From Eledone cirrhosa (Eukaryota), in contig OZ024743.1 of NCBI GenBank assembly GCA_964016885.1, forward strand, positions 150,226,001 to 150,290,000: 64,000 nucleotides of DNA, in the 5' to 3' direction. The notes beneath the pieces are model-generated. The model made no database searches. It was not told the origin of the DNA and saw nothing but the letters and a program-made list of their open reading frames with translations. The stretch's first letter is position 1. Each line of letters opens with the position of its first letter. Below, in pieces: positions 26,801 to 38,104 of the stretch. Made by a program: the position numbers and the translations under genes.

Positions 26801-27329
26801 TCAATGCATAGATTGGATTTTAATGATGACAAAAACAAATAAATAGATGTTCCTAATGTAGAATTTTATGCTAAGATATTTGATTTGCAAATATTGTTCG
26901 ATATTGTTTACAAGTTTAAATGTAAAATAAAGGAAAATAATAGAAAAATATACAGAAACAGGTAAAAATACAAATCAGTAAAAAAAAAATCTTTCCCAAA
27001 TTTCTTTTATTTCCTATAATGGAAAAGTTGAATGAAATGTTAGACACAATTAATGAGTTGATGCAAGGTAAGAATAATTGGATATATACGTATATATTCC
27101 TCTCAGCAACAATAATAAAGACAATAGTGTTACCTCATTTGTCATTTTGGTAAGCAAATATTGCTTTAGTTTTATGAAATATATACAGATGAGATGGAAT
27201 GCAATATAGATTTTAAGATTTTTTTCTCTATATTCTAGTTCAAGTCTTGTAACCAAACTTCACCCTGGTTCTTTTAACTTGTCAAAGGAAATCCATGTTA
27301 GTGAGGTATTTATGCTTCACAATCTTTGA

Positions 27330-28420
27330 TGATCTCTCAGGGCAAACCTACATCTATAACATACCCACAACAGTTTCCAAAAATCTGGAACTCTTCTTCA
27401 GAAACATAAAACATTTCATCTCTGGACAATAACTGTCATCTACAAAGAATAAGTCAGTTACTGTACATACACACATTTTAGATTGCATACCCACAAAAGA
27501 CCATGCAACTGATTTATAAACTATCACTTATTGACACTCTACAAAAACCTATCCTTTCTACTCCACCAGGCTCACCAAGCATTTGTAGTCACTTCAAACA
27601 AATATGGGCAGTGACGCAAACAATGTCCTTTCCATTAACCTCAAATGTGTCACCAAATTCTTCATTTGATCTCTGTAGTGATCTGTTCTGGATTTTTGAA
27701 TCTGGATTTGTGTGTCTCAAAAGGCACGTGTCTGACTATACCAACTATCATCCTACCACATTCAATTCAAACATCTCAAAGGTGATATAGACAGTCATTA
27801 ATAATAACCCTTTTCAGCACCTTGAATCTTTCCCCTCTTTAATGCCCACAAATATGGCTTCTGTAAAGCCAGATCTATGGGAAACCAACACTCCAGCATC
27901 ACTCATAAGTGGGTCCTTTTCCTTAAGAAATTTTGATATTAGCAAAGCCTTCTACCATGCCCAGCATGTAAATCTCAAAGTAAAACAAATAGATGGTCTC
28001 CAGGCACTATCTACTTCATAAAATGGTAGTTTCCTTTCAGATTTCCCCATAGCAGCACTATCAACTCTGGCATGCCTCAAAGTTCAATTTCTTTTCCTAC
28101 ACTCTTAGTCATATATATCAATGACTTACTTGCTATTACCTACAATAATTATTATTCCATTACAAATGATACTACTCTATACTCTGGCACAGCCTTTCAC
28201 AATTAAGCATCATCTAAATACAGTCTAGATACTTTATGTCATTACTTCACTGACTATGAACAAGGACCTTAAAAAAAAATGTATCCATGCCGATCTTGTA
28301 TACTTCAACAGAACAGAAACACAATCACGAGACATATCAAGAAAACAATATTATATCCCACTCCATTCAACGTGACGATCATGCAACCAGAACCCTCAAG
28401 TTTGCTACGAGTATCAAGCC
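27330..28420 (+). mobile_element. Old CR1/Jockey-like LINE remnant
   Basis: Degenerate NYHPTTFNSNISKVI (~NYRPISL), DISKAF, NSGMPQSS (~GVPQGS). Confidence 0.55.
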
Positions 28421-30559
28421 TTACTATCATTTAGTATCATCATCATCATCATCATCATCAACGTTTAACGTCCGTGTTCCACGCTTGCATGGGTTTGGAC
28501 GGGGGTAGTCCCACTTGAGGCAAGAGTGATTGTCTTGCTCGCATAGGACTGTCTGTCTCTCTTGGAAAATGCACATCTAGAACATAGAATGATTATATCA
28601 CAAAGACTGACATCCCATTTGAGGGCCAAAAATTACTATTCCAAACAACTAATAGCATTCTACAAAGTTTAATTGAGATCCACAATGAAGTATAAAGCAA
28701 AGAAAAGAACTGCAAGTAAAGTTTAAATAGACAGCTAACTGCATCGTTTTTTGTTTTTTTTTAACAAAATAACAAACCTTATTTCGTAAGAAAAAAAAAG
28801 GAGGGGGGGGACAAAAGGAAAGAAAGAATAAGGAAATATAGAAGAAAAAAAGGAGAAAGAAGAAAAAGAAATGGGGGTGGTGGCACGAGCTCTGGTGTCA
28901 CAGAAGAGAGGGGAGGGGTGAAGGGTGGGGGGTAATTGGGCTTTGTGCCTATGGCAAGGGGGCAGGAGTGCTGCGCTCCACGGACAAGACGGCAAAACCA
29001 TTCCACCTGACGATGGCCATTGATACCCACTGCAATCATTTCAACATACAACTAATCTTGACCCTGTTAAGAGGTCTTCTTACATTGTCTGAACTGTTAG
29101 CACAACATATTCTACCTGTCCAGCCACTCCTTTCCATTTCTAACAGTAGAATAACATATATAATGAGAAAAAATATTAGTCAAGGACTAATAATAATAAA
29201 AATATCCTATCTAGTTGTGAGTCAACTTAAAGTGTGTTCCTATTTGTTGATTGGGATAAGTTGATTGGGATAAGCCTCCCCTGTAATTTGGGAAAATGCT
29301 ACCAAACTTTTTAGTGCTCCATATATTAAATATGCTGACACCCACTTACTTAAAGAATTATAACAGCTGTTGTTGATGTTTCAGGCTGTATCTTATTTAA
29401 CCTAACTTACTATGATATTATGCTTTCTTGTACTTAGTCTCATTAAAATAACCTCAGTGTTATTTCCTTTTTCCACTATCCTATTCTATAATTCAAAAGA
29501 CGCTGAAGTTATTGATATGTCATGTCAGTTATCTATGATAATGTTGTTTAGTACAATATTATTATCTAAGCACATAACTAGTAAAATATACAACCACCCT
29601 GGTGTTTTCAACATTTTAGAAATATCTCTCAATGATCTCAGCTCTCCCTATCTTTATGTCTGTACTTGATTTAATCAGTATCTTGCTGCTTATTTCTACC
29701 CCACCCCCCTGCAACCCTGTTTACTCTCACCCCACCCAACGTCTGCTCCCTAGGGAGCAGTTTCTCTTTACTCCATACATACTCCTTGACCTTTTATAGT
29801 GACACTTCCATAATCCTTTCTTTTTATTGTTACTTCCCCAAATGTCATTATGATATATTCCAGTGCTTCAGCTACCAACCAGCCAAGTAGCTTTTAATAG
29901 ATTGTTCCTTAGATATAACTAGCTGCCTTGTGTATTATAGTTCTCTTTTCTGTCTTGCATAACACAAACAATTTTACCAGTATATTATGTAGAAAAAGTA
30001 TTGGGTATCCTACCACAGGCAGCCTACTTGTGAGCAACCCAACACCACCTTTATGGGCTAACTATCCTATTGATGAAATTTCACTTATAATATTCAAATT
30101 GGAACTAGCCACTGACAATCTCTAAAAATTATATAAAATATAGACTTATGCCCCAAATAAAAAAATTAAAAGTTTGCCCACCACTTATGAAGAAGCTAAC
30201 TATCACAGAATCTTCTTTTAACTTCTACATCCTCTCACTATTAATCAAGTTTCCTTTCTTTATCTTCATAGCTTTTATTATAAAAGCACAACCAATTAAT
30301 CTTTACTAGTATTTTAATATAGAATCAGTGTTTGCAACAACCAAATGTGGACCTCTATTTCTCATATGGAGTAAAGTCAATGATTCTTTCAAACATAAAT
30401 TTACTAGTTAATTACTAAAAGTTTGAATGCAATATCACTACAGGCCCCTTAGATAAGAATTATCTGCTATAGTCTCTAGTGAAGAATCCTCTTTTCTAAA
30501 GTGGATTAATTCAAATTTATCTTCGTTTTGTAGCCTATTGTTTTTGTTGTTGTTTTTTT

Positions 30560-30930
30560 TCACCTATTGGATAACAGCAAGCAGATCCTAGTGAAAGCAT
30601 GTTTCATCTTCCCCTGTTGATGACCTTCTAGCCCTTGGAATCATCTGTGAAGATTCTTATTCTGATGTGCTTGATATCTATATCATTGATACAAATAATG
30701 AAAAGAAGTGAACCCAACACAATACTGAGCTCTGTGCCTCAGGAAATTCTTAATCCATTCTAGTAGCTTTTTAAAGACTCTTAAGTTGGAAAGTCTCTAC
30801 AAACAAATGCTGTGATCAACCCTGTCAAAGACCTGGTTGAAATCAAGGTATATAACACCGGTATTGGAGCCTTCTCCCAAAACTTTTAGGATATCATCAA
30901 AGTGATGCAAAATCTACTGGTTAGAATTCT
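30560..30930 (-). mobile_element. Old CR1-like LINE remnant
   Basis: Minus strand VIYLDFNQVFDRVDH. Confidence 0.5.
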
Positions 30931-31007
30931 GCAATGAGTAGAAATTGTCCATCTAACCCATGCAAGCAGGAAAAAGCATACGAAGGATGATGATGATATA
31001 TATATGA

Positions 31008-31215
31008 CATTGTTTCTACTTTAGGTACAAGGTCAGCAATTTGAAGGGGAAGGGAAAGTCAATTAACTCCTAGTGCATTGCTGGTGCTTTATTTTATTGA
31101 CCCCGAAAGGATGAAAGGCATAGCTCACCTCAGCGAGAATTGAACTCAGAATGTAATGGGCTGTAACTCCATGCCACAAAGCATAATCTCCAATGCTCTA
31201 CCGATACTGCCAATC
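31008..31215 (-). mobile_element. tRNA-derived SINE
   Basis: Same family as 11737-12115. Confidence 0.8.
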
Positions 31216-31267
31216 TACTAATTTGTGATGTGCATTGGTTTGGCTATGAGATACACATTGAAGATAA

Positions 31268-32342
31268 TCTATATATATAAAACTGTGGTTGTCTGTCTGT
31301 CTATCGATTTTTGGCACACATCTCCTCTTAGAATCTCTCACGGAATTGCACCGAAATTGCTATACTTGTACATTGAGCCCTAGCGAAGACATCGGAAAAA
31401 AATAATTTCAAATTGACCCACCCTATGTGACGAAATCGAATATAATGTATCGATTTTTGAGCGTAAGTTATCAGTTATTTCCCTTTGTTCTGTTTACATT
31501 GAGCGTCTTACGTAAAAAATTACGCTGGCTTTCTCAGCGTTTAAAATGACATTAACACAATACACGAACAGTTGTCGAGCCAGCAAAATATTGACCTGCA
31601 AAATTCATCAGTTCGAACACTAAGCTTCCGTTTTGCTTCATTTCCATTTAAAAGCATTTTAAAACAATATTTTTACTTGAAAACAAGTCTATTTAAAGAC
31701 TACGTAAAACAAGCAAATATTTCGTCGTTAGGCGTGCAGACAGACAGTCGTGCAGACAGACAGTCGTGCAGACAGACAGTCGTGCAGAGAGGTGATATAC
31801 GCGTGCAGACAGACAGTCGTGCAGAGAGGTGATATAGGCGTGCAGACAGACAGTCGTGCAGAGAGGTGATATAGGCGTGCAGACAGACAGTCGTGCAGAG
31901 AGGTGATATAGGCGTGCAGACAGATAGTCGTGCAGAGAGGTGATATAGGCGTGCAGACAGACAGTCGTGCAGAGAGGTGATATAGGCGTGCAGACAGACA
32001 GTCGTGCAGAGAGGTGATATAGGCGTGCAGACAGACATAACTGATAATTTGGTTACGCTAATGTTTTTCTCTGCGTTGCAGTGTTTACATTTTCGATCTT
32101 TGTTAATAAATAACCAGTGCAGTTTCTATCCCCAGCATCCTCTTTTGTTATAACATTCGGGTTATCGTTATGTTTTCTTAACTTCATAAGGCATATTGTT
32201 GGTTGAGGGAATATTAATCAAAAACACCACATGCAAGTCTGCACAGTAGACACTACAGTTTTTAAGCCAAGAAAGAAACTTAACATTGTAACTTTAACAC
32301 AGCTACTGAGCGACCCCGAGCAACGCCGGGCTTTACTGCTAG
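31268..32342 (+). mobile_element. Complete non-autonomous Helitron
   Basis: A|TCTATATATATAAA 5' end; 3' hairpin CCCGAGCAACGCCGGG followed by CTAG|T; no TSD. Confidence 0.92.
31732..32037. repeat. Minisatellite (37-bp unit built from a 16-bp subunit) inside the Helitron
   Basis: GCGTGCAGACAGACAGTCGTGCAGAGAGGTGATATAG x~7, preceded by repeated CGTGCAGACAGACAGT. Confidence 0.95.
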
Positions 32343-32553
32343 TAACTCTATAAAGAAGTGAAGAGAAATGGATGAAGTAAGCCTAGGAAGATATGGGAGA
32401 AAGAAATAAAGATTGACTTTAAGATGACAAAGCATCATAACAATTGGGGGCATGTTGTGCAGCAGAGGACTCATCTACTAGCATAAAATGTAACCTGGTC
32501 CATCCATGCACTCCAGCTCATGCTTTATCCAGGATAACCTCCACCCTGTTTAA

Positions 32554-32771
32554 CCCTTTAGCATTTAAACTGGCCATATCCGGCCACAATTTTCTCACCT
32601 CTTTCTGTTCAAACTGGCTGTAATCGACCGCTCATACTGATGTTAAGGTATTGTTCTCAAAATAAATAATATCAAAATCTAGAGTCAATATTATGTTAGA
32701 TAATTATGTGATGTAAAGTCTTTACCATGAAAATATGATAGTATATATAGAGTAATGTAAATGCTAAAGGG
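32554..32771. mobile_element. piggyBac-type MITE
   Basis: TTAA|CCCTTTAGCATTTA ... TAAATGCTAAAGGG|TTAA. Confidence 0.88.
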
Positions 32772-33015
32772 TTAAACCCTAAAGCTCGTATCAAAACGTC
32801 TTAGAAGCTTTTCACACCATCATTGCACCTCTATCCTAGATCACACCTTTTCTTCATCTCATCACCTTATCAAATTGCACTACACAGATCATACATACTT
32901 TCTTCCAGCTTTGTCTTCCCTCCATCCATAATTGCTTACTCATGATATATTTCCTATCCCCACCCCCTAGGGTTGGTCTTGCGAGACAAATCACAAACCC
33001 TTCATCTCAATTATA

Positions 33016-33051
33016 CTTTTGAAAAGCATAAGAAGTGTGAAACCGGTAAAG
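33016..33051 (+). ncRNA. Minimal hammerhead motif with U3:A8 core
   Basis: CTT-TTGAAAA-GCAT-AAGAA-GTGT-GAAA-CCGG-TA-AAG; homologues at 51593-51628 and 53367-53410. Confidence 0.6.
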
Positions 33052-33115
33052 GAAATAAATAAATATTCTTCAAAAAAATCCAGGTGCATTTTCGATTTCT
33101 TTTCCTTAAATATAA

Positions 33116-33186
<71 letters not shown>

Positions 33187-33189
<3 letters not shown>

Positions 33190-35553
33190 GGCCAGGAGAG
33201 AAACTAGGAGACAAGTGTACTTTGCAAGAAGGGAAGCAGAGGAAAGAAAGTTCTAGCATGTTCTACAACGTGAGGACCAAAAACATGAGGTGTTCAGGAT
33301 TGCAAGACAATGTGTCAAGGAAAACCGTGATATTGTTGGGGAGAAGTGTGTCTGTAATGATGATGGTGTACTTGCCATCACTGATGCTGATAAGAAGGTA
33401 GCTTGGAAGTGTCACTACGAGAGACTACTAAATGAGGAGAATAAATGGGAAAAAGATAGTCTGCCTCAAATCGATCCAATAGGGGGACCAGCAGTGCAAG
33501 TTAAAGGTAGTATAATAAGTAAGGCAATCAAAGATATGAAGACAGGCAAGGCAGCTGGGCCTTCGGAGATAGTTGCTGAAATGCTGAAAGCATCTGGAAT
33601 GGTGGGACACACTATGTCACCCGGATAGTAAACCAAGTCATACAGAATGGGGTCATACCAAATGACTGGCGTAGCATAATCATCATTAACTGCTACAAGG
33701 GTAAAGGAGATGCCCTAGATAGGGGAAACTATAGAGGCATTAAATTGGTTGACCAGGTCATGAAGGTCACAGAAAGAGTTATAGCGCAACTAATCAGAGA
33801 GCAAATTGATCTAGATGAAATGCAGTTTGGGTTTGTGTCAGGTAAAAGTACCACAGACGCTCTTTTCCTTGTACGACAACTACAGGAGAAGTACCTAGCT
33901 AAAAGTAAACCCTATACTTAGCTTTTGTTGACTTGGAGAAAGCCTTTGACAAAGTCCCCCGCTCCATTATCTGGTGGGCTCTTAGAAAACTAGGTGATGA
34001 TGAATGACTTGTGAGAGCTATACAAGCCATGTATAAAGAAACAATCAGCAAGGTTAGAATTAACAACAAATATAGTGAAGAATTTAGTGTAAAAGTTTGT
34101 GTTCATCAAGGCTCTGTCCTTAGCCCCTCCGATTTATTATTGCCCTTCAGGCTATAACAGAGAAGTTCAAGACCGGCTGCTCATGGGAACTTCTATACGC
34201 AGATGATTTAACTCTCATAGCTGAATCGATGGCTGAACTAGAGAAGAAATTCCAAACATGGAAGCATGGCCTAGAATCAAAAGGCCTTAAAGTTAACTTG
34301 TCTAAGACTAAAGTTCTTGCATGTAGAAAGGAAAATAGGGCACAGGTACCTTGTGGGAAATGGCCATGCTCAGTGTATAGGAAAGGATTAGGCAGAAATT
34401 CCATTTTATCTCCCAAATGCAAAGTATGGGTACATAAAAGATGTAGTGGGATCACAGGTAAGCTATCTAAGAACGTAGATTTTATATGTGGCCAATGCTC
34501 AGGTGCAATAAGTAGCAAGTGCCCACAGGATACTAGCTCCTTCTATTGCCCAGATGGTTCTATAGAAATAGTGGACACCTTCTGTTACCTGGGTGACAAA
34601 ATCAGCAGTGGTGGAGGGTGTTCTGAAAGTACAGTAGCCAAAGTCAGAACGAGATGGAAAAAGTTCAGAGAGCTTATATCACTATTGGCCACTAAAGGTT
34701 TCTCTCTAAAATTGAAAGGCAGATTGTATGGTCCCTGTATACGATCAGCAATGTTACATGGCAGTGAGACATGGGCTTTGTGTGCAGAGGATCTGCACAG
34801 ACTGGAGAGGAATGAAGCATCCATGCTCCGTTGGATGTGTAATAAATAGTAATATACGTGAACGGCAAAAGCATAAATGAACTAAGTGAGAAATTAGGAA
34901 TAAAAGGGATCAGATGCTGTTTACTCGAGAGAAGACTATGTTGGTATGGTCACATGATGCGCATGCAAGACAACAGTTGTATAAAAAAGTGCAGAGCGAT
35001 AAAAATCGATGGAAGTTACGGAGTAGGTAGACCCAGAAAAACCTGGGACGATTTGATAAATTCTGACCTTACACACTTACACCTCTCTAAGACAATATCA
35101 CTGGACCGAGATCTTTGGCGCTACTCAGTAATACAGATACCTTGCCTATGTACAAAGCGAAACCTACAGTCAGTAGGCACCTCTTAACCAACTATATACC
35201 CCATCCAACTACCCCTACTCCACCCCCCACTCCCACCAACACCACCCTTTCTCTGTAAAGTTATGTTGGTACCACAACATCCAGTCCTAAATAAATGAGG
35301 TCGCGTAGGTGTCACGACAAAAAATCACACAGTCCACGCTGTAATGTGGCCGTGTAGGTAACACAGTAAAAACCTCCCAGTCCACACTGTAAACGTGGTT
35401 GGTGTTAGGAAGGGCATCCAGCCGTAGAAAACCAGCCAGACAGTTCTATACGAGCGAGACATGGTCACCCGACCAATCTTGCCTCAAGTGGGACAATTCC
35501 CGTCTAAACCTATGCTAGCGTGGAAGATAGACGTTAAACGATGATGATGATGA
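33187..35553 (+). mobile_element. 5'-truncated RTE LINE (frameshifted RT with embedded Cys/His finger) with (GAT)n tail
   Basis: KTGKAAGPSEI, NYRGIKL, FVDLEKAFD, LYADDL, CKVWVHKRC, MLHGSETW, GRPRKTW; tail GACGTTAAACGATGATGATG. Confidence 0.93.
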
Positions 35554-35798
35554 CATACACACATACTTATATACGCATACACTTATATACACATACACAC
35601 ACCTACATATATATATATATATATATATGTATTTATATACATATACACACACATATATACTAATTGAGTGCTTGCCCATGAATATGTATGTGTATATATA
35701 TATATATACATATGCATATATATATATATACACATATATATATTCATATATAAACTCATGTATACAAACCACACATACACACACTCACACATTTATGT

Positions 35799-35853
<55 letters not shown>

Positions 35854-36949
35854 AAAGAATGAGAGGGATGGATTTAGTCTTTTGCAATCTTTCAGACTTC
35901 ATTGTACTTGCCTACTTAGTCCATTTGATGCTAAGTAAATAGTGTTTGATAATGGATTGATATATTCTTTATAAATAAACCTGGTTTACTTTTTCTTACT
36001 TATTTTTACGATTTATGTCTTTTTATTCCTGCAAGTGTATTAATGTTGTCTTTATCAAAAATTGTAAGGAACTCCACCCATAAAAGGAAAATATATACAG
36101 GTATATTGATATATATGAATGTGCATATGCACATGCTCATATATGTATATAATGCATAAAGATTGCATGATTTTTTTAAAATTTAATTAATGTTTTTATT
36201 GAAAAACTGATGGTTACAGCTGGTTTAGATTTGAATGAATAATAGAAGTAATATAAAAATCCTTTTTAAAATATAGGCAACAATAGAATACAATTTTCCA
36301 TTTTGGTTTCATTTGATAAACGTAAATGTTTTTTCCTCTATTATCCAGGTTTTACCATTTTTAAGGTACACAGTTGATGCATTTTTAAGTACACTATAAT
36401 TTTTCTGAACGACAGTGACTCAACCATTATTGCAGTTTTAAAAAGCATTCTTCCTTTTCTGTAATTCTAAGTTTCTTTTGAAGTAGAAAAACATAATTCT
36501 TTCATTTGAAGAACAGACATGGCTTTTTAAATTGAGTTTAGTTAAACTATATTCTATTTCTTTTATTTCTTTTATATATTTTATAACATTGAATCTTTGA
36601 ACAGTGATCACAAATCCTCATCTGGTTATTTTCTAGGAATATACTAACCGATGTACTTTAATTTTAATTGATTAGGTAGATGTCACTAAATATACTTACA
36701 TTTTTCATTCTATTACAATTGTATCATCACTGTATTGGATGTAATTACAAAATTGAGTTTACATGAAAAAGCAGTATTTTTTATAACAAATAATAATAAT
36801 AAGAAGAACAAGAAAAAACAACAGCTGCTGTTTTGAAAATTAATAAAAGAAAATACAGACAAATAAAAATGCATAACCAAAACCAGTTTGAGAACTGTTG
36901 ACCAATTAGGTACAACATATTTTAACTGCAGTTGTAAAAATATTTATAT

Positions 36950-37500
36950 TGATTAGAGGCTTGAATCAGGTTAACTTTCTCTTCCCAACTATCTTCTTGG
37001 TTGGTGGATTTATACTATGTTATTAAAACCACTCCTTGCTAGTGCCTCGTTGGAATGGAGTATGGTCCTGTTGATGATATTTCTATCAGATGATAATTTA
37101 GAAATTCTTCTGCTCATACCAGACCTCTAATTAAGGCTTGTCAGTTGGGGAGGGAGTTGATATCTACGCAAACGATTTCTTCAGTAAGCTTTATGCAGGT
37201 ATAGTATTTTCCTATTTTGCAGTCTAGATCTCCAAGAAATCGACTTAGGTATAATTAACAGTGATGGTTATACTGAAACCAAATTCTTTGAAAATATCTA
37301 TTAAACTTTTCTTGAACCTATCGGTGACATGCGTCTCATAGTTTTCAGATTGCCAAGCCATCATATCTGCACAGGAACAAAATACTTGTATGGGTAGTAT
37401 CTAAGATAAAAAATCTAAAATAAATAAAATAATCTGAATGTGTCAGTGACTTCAGCCACATCTTAGATATCCGTGGATCTATCAACCTGTAGGTTACTTT
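36950..37500 (-). mobile_element. Old Penelope-like RT remnant
   Basis: Minus strand RRISKLSSD remnant and a KVTWFNP-like remnant. Confidence 0.5.
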
Positions 37501-37632
37501 TTTTTTAGCCAATCGGATTTATCTTGGAACAAATATTGATATCACAGTTGCTGATTTCTTTTTCTTCTCATTACTTCAGCACTTTTCACTGAGAGAAAGA
37601 GATAAGGTGTATGTATGTATGTATGTGTGTAA

Positions 37633-37915
37633 CATCATCATCATCATCATCATCATCACCGTTTTACGTCCGTTCTTCCATGCTAGCATGGGTTAGAGAG
37701 GTTTCCTGTTGTGGGCAGTGTCCGGTCAGCTGACCCTGTCTTGCTCATACGGGAACTGATTCTGGCTTGATTTCTACAGCTGGAAGCCCTTCCTAACACC
37801 AACCTCATTTACAGTGAGTGCCGGGTGCTTTTTTTTACGTGGCGCCTACACGTCTACTTTACAGTGTAGGCTGGGTGCTTTTTTGCCATGGCACTTCCAC
37901 GACCACTTTGCAGTG
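37633..37915 (-). mobile_element. RTE 3'-UTR/tail fragment
   Basis: (CAT)n + CGTTTTACGTCCG..CCATGCTAGCATGGG; related copies at ~17060-17230, 18482-18545, 21770-21935 and 28436-28500. Confidence 0.75.
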
Positions 37916-37939
37916 GAATGATAGGGACCCAGTCCTATC

Positions 37940-38092
37940 ATCTCATTTTCGCAGATGAGTAAACTGGAGCAATGTGAAATAAAGTGTCTTGCTCAAGGAA
38001 ACAACACATCACCCGGTCCGAGAATTGAACACATCACCCGGTCCAAGAATTGAACTCACAACCTTTCGATTGCAAGCTCTAACCACTAAGCC
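37940..38092 (-). mobile_element. tRNA-derived SINE head fragment
   Basis: Reverse complement TGGCTTAGTGGTTAGAGC...GAGTTCAATTC (A/B boxes). Confidence 0.7.
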
Positions 38093-38104
38093 ATATATAT
38101 ATAT

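Noticed and set aside
31732-32037. CRISPR-like 37-bp repeat array
   Set aside because: No unique spacers, no cas genes, eukaryotic context; it is a minisatellite inside a Helitron.
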